This document shows, piece by piece, positions 11,729-23,635 of a stretch of DNA of 64,000 nucleotides. Position numbers and translations under genes: made by a program. The stretch lies in the NCBI GenBank assembly GCA_965113315.1, contig OZ220370.1; one strand, given 5' to 3'. The notes below the pieces were generated by a model. It was not told the origin of the DNA. It searched no databases and saw only the letters and a program-made list of their open reading frames with translations. The DNA comes from Podarcis vaucheri. Its lineage: Eukaryota. How positions within the stretch are numbered: the first letter of the stretch is position 1; every line of letters begins with the position of its first letter.

Positions 11729-12232
11729 CTGGAAAACACAACAGGATTCTTACTCATGCTGCACACAACAATTCAGCCAGAAGTATGTAATGGCTTGGAA
11801 TGGCCTTCACTAGGAGTACAGCAGTAATGGAATCTATTTTGAGGGGACTTTTTTGGACAAGGACAAAACAAGGCTACCATAAACTACAGTGAAAAAAAAT
11901 CCTGCTGAAGACTAATATCATCTTTTTTTGAGGTACCAAAGAAATGGGATAAAGTTCACGGCTTACTTTGTTTTGTGATATACGACTTTTTAGCAAAACT
12001 AATGGTTTTTTTTTGGTAGTTTTGTAATAAACCAGAAACATACTGTTTTGCATTTTGAGAATCCCAACAAGTTTAAATGCTACCATCACCCCCCCAACCC
12101 AATTCCCAGTATCTCCAGATTCCAGATGGTGTGTCTCATCTGGGAGCCACATAAAGAACTGTAGGAAAGGAGCTGTGATCCAGGAGTTGAGACTATTGTG
12201 ATGGATGAAAGGTGTTGAAATAAGTGCAATAC

Positions 12233-12461
12233 CATAGTTTGGAGGAAATGGAAATTGCTGGGCATTTGCCTGGGGAATCCGCGGGTTGCTCATTGTTGCT
12301 GGTATGCCACCGGAGGCCACCATACTCGGCGTCATATTCATACTCTGTCCTCGCATCATCAGCGTTCGCTGCTGCACTTGCTGCTGCATCTGCCTATGCC
12401 TCAGGTGCTGGCTCAGTATCTCCCTCTGCCTCTGGGCTAGCATCTGGGAATTGATGGGTCC
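12233..12461 (-). CDS. NCOA2: NCOA2 coding exon 17, Q-rich region
   Basis: [21 protein letters not shown]...[10 protein letters not shown]; 229 nt. Confidence 0.96.
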
Positions 12462-12590
12462 CTGCAGGGTAAGCAAAAAACTGCATCAACACATACGATT
12501 AGCAAGGCATTTCCATCAGCCTGGCTACTAAAAAAACAAAACCCTGGCAACTTTACAATAATCAGGTGAAGAGCTACCTTTCTGGCACAT

Positions 12591-12762
12591 AACATATGAA
12601 GCTGTTTAATACCAGGCCAGACAGATTATTTATCTACCTAGCTCACTACTGTCTACTTGGAATAGGGCTCAGGCACAGTTTTAACTAGAAATGCCATGGA
12701 TTGAAGCGGCAACTTTTGCATGCGGCATATAAATGTGCTCTTCAGCTGGCCTATGAGCTCTC
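12591..12762 (-). mobile_element. Diverged Squam3-like SINE
   Basis: Reverse complement resembles 3463-4022 (gaagctg..tacc..ccagac..ctagctca..actgtctac; atgccatggattgaa). Confidence 0.55.
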
Positions 12763-14048
12763 ATTCTGGGGTGATAAATTCTAAAACAGATACACAGATT
12801 ACCATATGAATTCCTAGAATAAGGCAATTTTTCGAAGTGATGTCTAAATTTGGTGTTGCTGAAGGCCCAAATTCTGAGCAGAAGTCCAGCTTGTACATAG
12901 CAGAGTGAGCAGGAGAGTCCCTGAAACAGCTGGATTGCTACATTTTGTAGTATGGGGAGTAAAACATATTACCATCAAAAAATCGTGAACCCTGTAATAC
13001 AATTAAGTCCAGAATCTAAATTTACTTATCCACACTACAGCCTAAAATCAGAGTGTGCACTTCTCACATCCATAAATTGAATAAAGCAAGCTATGCTGAT
13101 TTGAATAAAATTAAAAATAGCTCTCACGCTTTCTTTCTCAAGTTAAAAATATTCGTAAGCGGCACCTTTCTGACAAAAAGCATAAAACCTCTTGCAAGAT
13201 CCTGAAAGCTTTCCACCATTTCAAGCTGTTTCAGATATGATGGAACAGGTTTTAAAACTCAGAGAAAACGATGTCATCCCTACTTAGAATATTTGGATTC
13301 ATTTAAAGATGTCTAGCCCAACAATACCTGGAGGGAGCCACATTGGCCACCTCTTATTCTTCAGGATAAATTCATATGCAACAAGAGTTGCAGGTTTCAC
13401 TGCATGGTCTGTGGCCAGTTTGCATATGGCCTGCTTAGGGAACACAGAGAAATTCTCTGCCTCTCCAGAAGCATACACATACAGCTCCTGGTACAGCGTG
13501 AAAGAGCTTCACAATTTCCTGCTCCACGGATTAAACTGTGACTATAATATTCTTCGAGATGGAATTAGTCATTTCACCAAAAGCAAGGAAACAGAGCTGC
13601 ACAATGGCAATGTGTACAGTGACAGAGACTGTAACATCGGTAACATCAGTATAATATAGTAAAAAAACATGAACTACTAAGTTTTATAGAACATTTTATT
13701 TATTAATTAAATTCATTTCCTACCCTTCCTCTTAAAAGGAGCACACAAGTGACAGAACAATGAAAGTAGCTAAACAAAGAGGCAGACTGTGAAAGATCTC
13801 GTCTTTAAAAGGCTTGTTGCACCAAAAAGACAAAAGAGATGGTGCCTAATGTTTCATGGGAGGGAATCCAAAGGCCTTATTTTAAACTGTCTTGTGATCT
13901 TTGAATGAAGGACAGTATAAAAATGTAGTACTAGTAATAATAATAATAATACCAATGTTGTACAGAAGGGACCTGCTGATAAGATGATAAGTACAGGGAT
14001 CAATTGGGTACGTCAGAATAGAAACATTTTCAATACCTGTTCCCTCAC

Positions 14049-14126
14049 CTGTGTAGGTACTCCAGGTCTCAGAGACAGATTCATATTGGAAACATTGCTG
14101 ATCTGATTCATGAGTGGCTGGCGATT
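14049..14126 (-). CDS. NCOA2: NCOA2 coding exon 16
   Basis: [26 protein letters not shown]; 78 nt. Confidence 0.95.
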
Positions 14127-14227
14127 CTAGGGCAAGGCGAAAAACGGAATAAAGAAATCAGTCATATAAGGCAGTGTAAGAAAAATTCTGCTTTGATGGC
14201 AAGGTTTAGTTTTACGATACTGTGCTT

Positions 14228-14434
14228 CTTGAGGAAGAACTTTCTTATGGTAAGAGCTGTTCGAGATTGAATGTTCTCCCCTGAAAGTGGTGGACTCCCC
14301 TTCATTGGAGGTTTTTAAGCAGAGGCTGGATGGCCATCTGTCATGGATGCTTTAAGCTGAGATTCTTACGTTGTCGGGGGTTGGACTAGATGACCCTTGG
14401 GGAACCTTTGAACTCTACAATTCTATGATTCTAT
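14228..14434 (+). mobile_element. CR1 LINE 3' end
   Basis: aggaagaactttct..gtaagagctgttc..ttttaagcagaggctggatggccatctgtc..ggttggactagatgacc..attctatgattctatg. Confidence 0.85.
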
Positions 14435-14480
14435 GCATGCTGGTAAAAGCATCAACAGAGAGCATAAAAGCATGAAATAC

Positions 14481-14759
14481 CTGCTGTGCTTGAAGTCTAT
14501 GCTGCAGCTGTAGCCTTAGCTGATTTGGCTGGTTTTGCACTATACCAGCAGGCCTCAGGGCAGCCCTAGGCTGCATTCGCAGTGATGCATAGCCTGGTCG
14601 CTGCGCCATTGGGTGAAAGTTTGGGTCCTGCATTGGTGTGTAGTTGCCTTGGGCCATTTGAGCCTGAGATGCATACTGCTGTGTGAAAATGGGTGCCTTT
14701 TGTTCGAGGATGATGTTTGATTCCTGGCTTGAGAATGGCTCTGGTTCCACAGCTTGGCT
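14481..14759 (-). CDS. NCOA2: NCOA2 coding exon 15
   Basis: [12 protein letters not shown]...[14 protein letters not shown]; CAGCAG tandem acceptor; 279 nt. Confidence 0.94.
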
Positions 14760-14919
14760 CTGCTGAAACAAACATCCAGATGTACATGAACATAGAATGC
14801 TTAAACAGTTGTTGAGAAATATATGTTTTTATAAAGCAGAATAAAGATGTATGAAGCTGAGCAGCACAAACTTATATTTGCTTTAACTCATTCTATGCTT
14901 CTATTACCATTTATTAGTA

Positions 14920-15139
14920 CAGTGGTACCTCGGGTTAAGTACTTAATTCGTTCCGGAGGTCCGTACTTAACCTGAAACTGTACTTAACCTGAAGCACCAC
15001 TTTAGCTAATGGGGCCTGCTGCCGTGCCACCGGAGCATGATTTCTGTTCTCACCCTGAAGCAAAGTTGTTAACCCGAGGTAATATTTCTGGGTTAGCGGA
15101 GTCTGAAACCTGAAGCGTATGTAACCCAAGGCACCACTG
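14920..15139. mobile_element. Tc1/mariner (Tigger-like) MITE
   Basis: TA|CAGTGGTACCTCGGGTTA ... TAACCCAAGGCACCACTG|TA. Confidence 0.88.
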
Positions 15140-15162
15140 TACTTGTGACTCATTCAGAACTA

Positions 15163-15412
15163 CAGTTGTACCTTGGCTCTCGAATGGAATCCGTTCTGGA
15201 AGTCCATTTGACTTCCAAAAACATTTGAAAACCAAGGTGTGGCTTCCAATTGGCTGCAGGAGCTTCCTGCATTCAATTGGAAGCCGCAGAAGCCACGTCG
15301 GACATTTGGCTTCCAAAGAATGTTCGCAAACTGGAACACGTGCTTCTAAGTTTCCGGTGTCGGGAGCCAAACCGTATGCGTACCAAAGCGTTCGAGAACC
15401 AAGGTATGACTG
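15163..15412. mobile_element. Second Tc1/mariner (Tigger-like) MITE
   Basis: TA|CAGTTGTACCTTGGCTCTCGAA ... TTCGAGAACCAAGGTATGACTG|TA. Confidence 0.85.
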
Positions 15413-17202
15413 TAATTGAGGGAATAAAACTATGTGATAAACAGAGTCCTGGTTCAGATGCAAACAAGAAACTATTCTTGAGGAGCCTTGATGAGTCTGG
15501 GGGCTTGCACACTCCCCTCTTCCCTTCATTTTGTGCTCATGGAGATCAGAAGAAGCCACAGTTTGATCCTGGATTTCCTCACAAGTGCAAGCAGTTTCCA
15601 AAGTTCAGATGCCACGGCAAAGCACAGCTTGTATAAAAACTGAAGCCAAAGCTTCTGATACCCTCCTTGCAAGTGTGAGGACAGGGGAGACTGTGTGAAA
15701 ATGAGGTTCATCGTTGCTCATTCACATGGTGGGAAATTACTATTTCCTGTCATGTTTGAGCTGGTTCAATACAGGAGGCCCCTGCTCTAAACCATTCATA
15801 TCTTTTCTCTTTTAATTTTTTTTTTAAATCTTGCCTCAGATTGCAGTGGTGAACCAGGGTTGAACTGCTACAAGAAATACCTGATCAGCCCTACAAACAT
15901 TTTCATTTTTCTATTTTAAGGAAGTTGTGGAGTGCTCCAACTCTGATCAGAAGCTGGTGAAGAATTCCAGCAAGCAGAGTGATGGTACTCTGAGAGAGGA
16001 GGGCTTAACTCACCCTCCTCTCCACACACACTCCAGAACCATTCCCCCTGTTTAAATGAATCAGTAGTTTCTTTTGCTGGAGGTAAAACAAGAAAATAAG
16101 GTCTTCTGTGGTTCTCAGCAGGGCTAGAATCAGCTTTGGAGGGGAAGGATTTAGATTTAGAAGGAAAATCTTACAGAAGAAATGGTTAAAAAGAAAGTTA
16201 CTTAAGAGTTCCTCTCACCTCACAGGTGCTTTTAAATTAAAATAAAATCTTTGGGAGGTCAGATCCCCTAAAATGCATTTGGAGGGTTTTTAAGAAGAAA
16301 GCATCATAACCATAATACTCCAGAACATCTCTGCTGATGGACGTGACAAAAGAACTTGTAGGAGCTGTTGAAATATAACCTGAGGCATCCTGGGGTGTGG
16401 TGCAGTATAATATTGCTCCCAGGATCCCAAGTAACATTGGTAAAAGATGGCCCAGGAGTCCTTACCTCCTCATCCATACTCTAATATATGATGTTTCTGT
16501 CATTGGAATGACACTGAAGAGGGTGGTAGATTAGAGGCTGCTCCCGTGAATGGACAAGGCTTCAGCTTGGCAAACAGGCAGCTTACCAGCTGCTTTACAA
16601 GAGACTTCCAAAAGTAATACGGTCTGGAATACCTTGTACCACTGCTGACACACCTCAGGTTATATTTCAAGGTAAGAACTCCTGGGCCATCTTTTACCAA
16701 TGTCACTTGGGATCCTGGGGACAGTATTATACTGCAACACACCCCAGGAAGTCCTATCTTTAGCCTGACAAAGCAGGAGGTAAGTGACGCAGGTTAACTC
16801 TCTACCACTGCTTCAAGTGGTATTTGCTTGCAGGCTCTTGAGTCCAAACTTCCTTCCTGCTCCCTCCATTGTGTAGCAAAAGGCATGCTGTTCCCATACA
16901 TATTGGGTAGGACTAGCTGCCAGGCTATAATTAAGACCTAAACGAACTCCTCCATCTCTGAGGCAGTTTGCCTAGGGATGGGAGTGGGAGTGAGATTACA
17001 TGCAGAAGCTTCTCAAATTAAATTAATGGGAAACACTGCATTATCAATGAAATACTGTAATTTCCATAGTGTTAATATGTGGAGGGATATTTATAATTAT
17101 TACATCTAGTCAACATTTGAAATCCATTTGAAAAAAGAAATCTCACTACTGAAATACCTTAGCTACATATATTTTCAGAAATGCTTAATAGCAGCACTAT
17201 AC

Positions 17203-17368
17203 CTGGCTAACTAGTTCTGGGATCCCAAGAGCTCTGTCAATTTCTTCCAGACCGTCAAAATTTCTTAGTGCCAAGTAAAGCTGGTCAAGGAGGGTCCCTT
17301 CATCGTTTGGAGACTCTGATGCAGGGTGCTGACACAGCAAGTCATCCGGAGAGTTCCCAAATGGTTGC
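17203..17368 (-). CDS. NCOA2: NCOA2 coding exon 14, AD1/CBP-p300 interaction domain
   Basis: [55 protein letters not shown]; 166 nt. Confidence 0.97.
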
Positions 17369-17529
17369 CTGAAAAAAGAAACAAGCAACTTGAAAGCAAC
17401 TCAAGCAAGAACTCTCACCACCCAGAAGGCCCAAATTAGTTTAGGGAATTTAATACACACATTTTTATGTGTGTCAGCTCTGCAATGCTAATTGTACACA
17501 ACATAGTCTTTCTAAATTTTAGGCTCAAA

Positions 17530-17670
17530 AGCAGCTTTGGGGAACCCAAGAATCCCCAAATGTTGCTGGATTATAATTCCCATAATCCTGGGCAATTGAC
17601 CATGTTGGCTGGGGCTAATGGGAGCAGGAATCTAATGCCATCTGCCAGGTCACAGGGGCCCTACCCCTGT
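17530..17670. mobile_element. Diverged palindromic hAT-type MITE
   Basis: Similar to 61559-61673 (..attcccataatcc..ggggctaatgggag..catctg). Confidence 0.5.
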
Positions 17671-19751
17671 TCTAAAGCTTGCTTAGAAACAGGATGCCAT
17701 TTTCTGTAGTAATCACTTTTAGCCTGATCAAAGACCAACCTTAAGAACCAAACAAAACCATGTATTTCCAAGTTTCCCTCAGTCATAAACCTAGGATTTT
17801 AGAGATTTATTCCAAAGCTATGGCGAAGAAGCCATTTCTCCTTTCCAGCCTTTAGCACATGATTGCCCTACTTGCCAAACTCAATCAATCAGGGAAACGG
17901 CAATGCCTAAGCCACGGTACTGATTTACACCAATACATTCTGTTCTTATGCATGACCATCTATTCTATTCTGACAGCTTAATTTTGTAAAAAGCTACCGT
18001 ATATGACTAATGATAACCCTAATCAGATCATTTAAATCAGACAACACAGAAGCTGATGGTTTCTTTCCTTATTCTGTACCATATGCAGATCACTGCTTGT
18101 TCCCAATAACATATCCACAAAAGACAGTGAAATTTAACGTGCTTTGTCCTCAAAGGTGATGAAATCAAACCACCCGTGTGAAAATAGAGTGGTAAATAAT
18201 AAATGCCAATGCGGTAATCGCATGAACAGAATAATTATTTAGGTTTTGTAAAAAATTAATTAGAATAACAAAATTAAAGGAAACAAGCAGCACTAAATGC
18301 ATCACACATGTGATGCAAAATTCAGTTAGTATTATATAATGATGAAATGGCTAAAATGAAGCAAAAAAAAAGCTCATTGGTATAGAGTGTCCCTGTAATT
18401 GTGAAATGCCTATTTTCCATTCACTTTTGAAGGCACGAAGCAGAACTGTATCAGTTGTGGCCTTTTATGTTATGGAACAGGACCACACATTCAGCAACAG
18501 ACCAAGCAGCCACAAAGCAAAATGAATGAGAACACAATCTGGAGCAGAGAAGGAAGGCAAGAGAGAAAAACAGATTTCCCCCTGCTTGCTGTTTTTCCCT
18601 TGCAACCCTCTTCGGCTGCTTTTCTTCCAATGACGCAGCGAACGGGTCTGCAGGAAGGAAGGGAAGATAAAAGTGGCAAGAACAGGGAAAGTGAAGATTC
18701 CTTCTCCCACCTGCCACTTTTCTGTTGCAAACTGCACTCTCCCTCCGCAGCTATTCAGAAGGGACTTGGGTTCTCAGAGTCTTGACTTTCAATCTCGAGT
18801 TAAGTGTCCACTGTTCACCAAGGCTTTCACTTAATTTTTTCATTAGTCTGGTGCTATTTTTGTGTTGTTTATATGGATGAATTTTATTATTAAAATTTGG
18901 TATTGTTTTGATACTAAATTTGATAGGAGGCTTGTATGGTCCCCTTCAGAAAATCTTCTTTAAGGAGCATACACACAACTGCAACTAAAACTACAGATTA
19001 TTTGTATTATTTTCTTGCTATACAAAAGTTATTTTAAGGTACATCTTATGTCTTGAATTAATCGGACTCCCATTACTTATTCCATTCTATTAAAATTTTA
19101 GTTACATATTGCCTTACTCAAGTTCCATTTTATATTGATTTCATTATCAAAATTCCATTTTACTTTTAAACTGGTAATGTAAGAATTTTAAGTTCTGAAC
19201 AGTTATTAATATATATTAATCTTATGTTTATTATACGTTTGCTACAGATAAATAAACTGCTCTTTTTTCTTTTTACTCACCATGAAGTTGTTACATACAG
19301 TAAGTACCACACTTTTAACATTTGGGGGGAGGTGAAGGTACTGCATACCATTGAGTACCCCCAGGTGGGAAAAGCACTGGCTAAATTAAAAACAAAACAA
19401 AACACCACTACAGCTTCAGGTAGAGTTCAACTTTTTAACACCACCTGGAATTCCTAGTTAAGCTGAACTTGTATCAAGGGGAAAATTCATACAGCTAATC
19501 CCAAAAGGAGCAAGGTAGGGTACAGTATACCACTTTCCTCCTCTAAACATGTCTACCTAACTGACAGTGCCTACATCCATCCACTTTCACTATTCTGATT
19601 CGGTGAAGTAAGGCTAGTCAAGGATGGCCAAGACACAATAAACAAATGTATTCAATATGTGCTTGCAAATGTGAAACTGTAAACTTTCCACCTGGATACA
19701 GTATATAAATTGAAAGATGTACCAAAGACAACCATTAAATAAAAGACTTAC

Positions 19752-19881
19752 CGGTTCTGATTGCCAAAAGATGTCTGATCTATGGGCAAGATGCTGTCTG
19801 GCCATGGGGCAGTCTGATTTGGAGGAGCCTGCTGCTGGGTATACTGGGGTCCTCCCATATTCATCTCTAGTTCAGAAGCCC
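19752..19881 (-). CDS. NCOA2: NCOA2 coding exon 13
   Basis: [44 protein letters not shown]; 130 nt. Confidence 0.95.
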
Positions 19882-20291
19882 CTGAAGAAAGGAAATCAAT
19901 GATCTATCACATCTCAATGGAACTGGTAATAACTCTTTTAAGAACAATAACATTGTAAAGTTCACTGCGCATACCATCTTTTTCTTACAACACTATTTAT
20001 GCTTTATACCCTTGAGGGATCTCTTTTTGCCTGTGGACACTGTGCTTGTGGCAGGACTTGATGGAGCCCAACATTGCAGTTCAGATAACAAACAACTCTA
20101 CAACTCCTAAAGGAAATATAAATCTGTTCCACTGTGTTTACAGAAGTATTTAAAAAATCATAGCACAAGGTATTCTCAAGTTCCCAATTCCTAAATAGCA
20201 TCTAATTACACTTAGCTACTGTGGTCCTTAACGATGTCATCGTGCAAAACCTATTAAAAGCAGAAGAGACTACGACCATGCTCCAGCTTAC

Positions 20292-20507
20292 CCATATTCA
20301 TGACTTGAGATTGAAGCATCTGCCTTGGACCAGGTTGACTGTTAGGTCTCATAGGCAGGCTGGATGTTGGGTTACGTATCATGCCTCCTTGGATTGGCCT
20401 GTTCATGGCACTCGTTGTTGGAGCACAGGTCACCCTCACAGCAGCACCTTGGGTTCCCCAATCTCCGGATGGCATGGTAGGCCGAGGAGCATTACTACCC
20501 ATCATCC
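20292..20507 (-). CDS. NCOA2: NCOA2 coding exon 12
   Basis: [17 protein letters not shown]...LQSQVMNM; TAGTAG tandem acceptor; 216 nt. Confidence 0.94.
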
Positions 20508-21572
20508 CTACTAAAATAAACACAGAAAAGGTTAAATCAAGTATTGAGAGATGTACTAAACTAAGTTTTGATTGTTCTTTGGAAACTATTTTAGAAATTA
20601 GCATACTAAATCAGATAGCATTTCAAATGCAATGCCTTCCTCCAAACCTCCTCCTCTCCAACACAGTCTTTTGATTATGGCGACTCTGTAGGTTAAATTT
20701 TTGACCTGAGCGAAGTCTGATAAGAGTAGACACACCCATTATCTGATTCCATGTAACAGATCCTTGTATTGACACAACTGTAATTTGCATGAACCGTTTA
20801 TGATGGCAAAAGAATATGCTCTTTCAAAACTATTCCCAATAATCTATAGTTCTTTAATCATAAATCTAATGGCAGACATTATGTTTCAGAGATCTCTATA
20901 ATAAAAATAAATCTATGAGACATAAAGAACTTTCACATCTTTTGGAGAAAAATACTGGACTAATCTCATAGAAGGTAATGGAACTTGTTTCCAAGTAAAC
21001 AGGATTGCATTTTAAGAAAGCAATCCTATGTACAATTTACATGGAACAAATCCTTCTGAACTCAGTAAGACATACTTCCAAACAAATATGCACAGGACTG
21101 GGTTCTCAATCCCCAACTGCAGCAGTCCCAAATTTCATTTACTGATGGGGTGAGCGGTATCAGAGCCAGGTGCAATCACTCTTCCTGCTCTTTTCTGTAG
21201 AGCTCTATCCATCCAAGGAATGATTTTATACGTTTGGATGATCTTGCTTCCCACAAGAAGTAGAAACCTTTTGCTCTAATCAAGCCAATGATAAAGTTCT
21301 CAAGATGGACTGGTGAGAAGGGGCATGGCAAGCTTCTGGCCTCCCAGCAGTAGTATCGCTGCTGCTTACTGGGAGGGAGAGGGGGTGGGGAGGCGAGTCC
21401 TGTGGCAATCCAGTGCTCCTGCTGTGGTGCAGTCGCATAACTCCAACCTCCCCTCTCCGGTAAGTGACAATAACGCCATTGCTGGGAGTCCAGTGAAGCC
21501 GCTCCCCATTAGTCACTCCTGCAGATTCCAGTCCATGTGAAACATCACACAAAAAGAGAGTATTTAAGTTAC

Positions 21573-21779
21573 CTGGGCTACTATTCCCAAGATTTCCTTG
21601 ATTTCCCATCATTCCTTGACTGCCCATCATTCCGGGCTGAGGTATGACTGAATATGGACTGTTGTTTCTTATGGGTGGGAAAGCTCCAGCACCTGGTGGG
21701 TTTTGCAATGCGATGTCAAGTTGTAAATTCTGGTTTGGTAACATCCTTCCCAGCTGAGCTTGCCTTGCATTGGTAAAAG
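21573..21779 (-). CDS. NCOA2: NCOA2 coding exon 11
   Basis: [26 protein letters not shown]...NLGNSSP; 207 nt, symmetric phase 1-1. Confidence 0.95.
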
Positions 21780-22734
21780 CTAAATAGATGAAAAATAGTT
21801 GAGAGACTGGAAGTGTAATTTATTTTATTTATTTATTTATTTTTAAATTGAGATGTTTTGAAACAGTATATACAATATTTCAAAAAGCAACTTGCAGAAA
21901 CACACACCAATGTAGAAGAGTGAATGGCTCATAATATTTTGTCTTATTTCTGAGAGACTAACACAAGAATGTCATGGATAGAAATATATATTCCACCCCC
22001 CCCCACACACACACTTTCAAAAAACATATTACTCTTTTTGCATATGTGGATATTTACACAGGGCAATATTCAATTTAAAAAATAAATGAAGAATACTTCC
22101 GCTCAACACACTATTTTACTGAAATAGATCAACACCTATATATTGGAAGCATCTGTGGCTAGCTGAAAGGTAAATATTTAAACAAAGTATTTTAAGAAAG
22201 ATTTCCCTGCAACTTTTTGGGACCTGCTTATTTTTAGAAATTGGTTTTCACGCACAAAACTTTGCCTAACAGGATATTAACCTTGTAATTTACTCACTTC
22301 ATTTAAAACTAATGCTTTTTTTAAAAAAAGTAATTCAATTAAATTCATTTAAAGCACATGTCCTCCCATTCCCTATTTTCTATAGCTGAAAGCACATTCA
22401 CTTGCTTGGATTCAACTAGGAACAGTGATTTACAGGCAGATGTAGGTTTCTATGCACAGATCTGTTGTAGCAGGTGTATGGGGGGGGGAATCCTCCGTGA
22501 GTAAACCTGGAGATGCAGATGGGGTTGTGTGGTTCAGAAACAGAAAAACACACACATTATGTTGAAACCTGAGAACAGTCAGTGATTTGGAAAGCTGGGC
22601 GGGCAGTTAAAAGTCCTAATAGCTCACATTATGAAAAACTTCTGAGGAAAGGTTCTCACAGCAACACTTGCCTGTTAAGTGAAGCAAGAAGAAGCCCAAA
22701 CTGTCTGGTGCTGACTTCTTCATTCATTTAAGTC

Positions 22735-22868
22735 GGTTTGGGAGACCTTTGGACTTCTAGTTCTTGCTGAACTACAGCTCCCATCACCCCTGCCCATAGG
22801 TCATGCATGTAGGGCTGATGGGAGCTGTATTCAGAAACATCTGGAGGACCAGTGGTTCCCCACATGTG
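22735..22868. mobile_element. Palindromic hAT-type MITE
   Basis: Internal inverted repeat tgaactacagctcccatcacccct / agggctgatgggagctgtattca. Confidence 0.7.
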
Positions 22869-23424
22869 ACTTAGGTGATAGGTCATACAGATTTTGAGAG
22901 GCTTCATTTCAAGTCTGGGGGTGGGGAGTATCTCCTATACGTATCCCATCATACTTTGCTCACAGGAAGGACTATGAAAAGCTTTTACGTTCCACGATCA
23001 AGTGCTCTCTGTGAAAACCATGATCACAGGAATGCACTTCCCTAGTGACCTCATGGTTTTGTGAAGTATGTCTATTTTACTGTAAAACATCAACTCCTTT
23101 ACATGGTGTAATATTTCATGTCAATAATGTGTGGCAATTCATGCATTAATGATAGAAATAAAGTAAAAAAATTCTCAGCAAGAAGTACATATTTTAAATC
23201 GACAGTGACTTAGACTTCCTAAGCAGTGCAATATCATGGTTTCAGGAGATGCTACATCTATTTCAAAATGTTGATCCTATGGATTAGAACAGCAGGTGGT
23301 GCTGTTTGATTACTGCAGGGTTTTTTTTAAAGGCGCAGACAATCTGAAAGACCCAGAGGCACTGTTGCAAAGCCTACATTTTTCTAATCACAACAATTTC
23401 AGTCCAGCAACAACTCAGACTCAC

Positions 23425-23635
23425 TGCTTTGAGAGATCCGCATTTGGGGTTTCTGGGCTCCAACAGGTGTGCCGGGGCTGTTTTCACCTGTGATCTGCAT
23501 GAGGTCATTGATGATGGCTTGTTTGTCAACTGATCCTGCTGAAGTACCTGGTCGGGTATCTGGGAAAAGCTGCGACAACTGGCTATTCTGCAGATCATCT
23601 AGAATCTCCTCCAAATTATCTAGCTCGCTGGCAGG
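23425..23635 (-). CDS. NCOA2: NCOA2 coding exon 10
   Basis: [29 protein letters not shown]...MRISQS; AAG acceptor, A|GTGAGT donor; 211 nt. Confidence 0.95.

Noticed and set aside
11874-12232. Read-through extensions of exon ORFs into introns (also 21280-21572 and 27826-27945)
   Set aside because: Consensus donors mark the exon ends, and the extensions have no NCOA2 similarity
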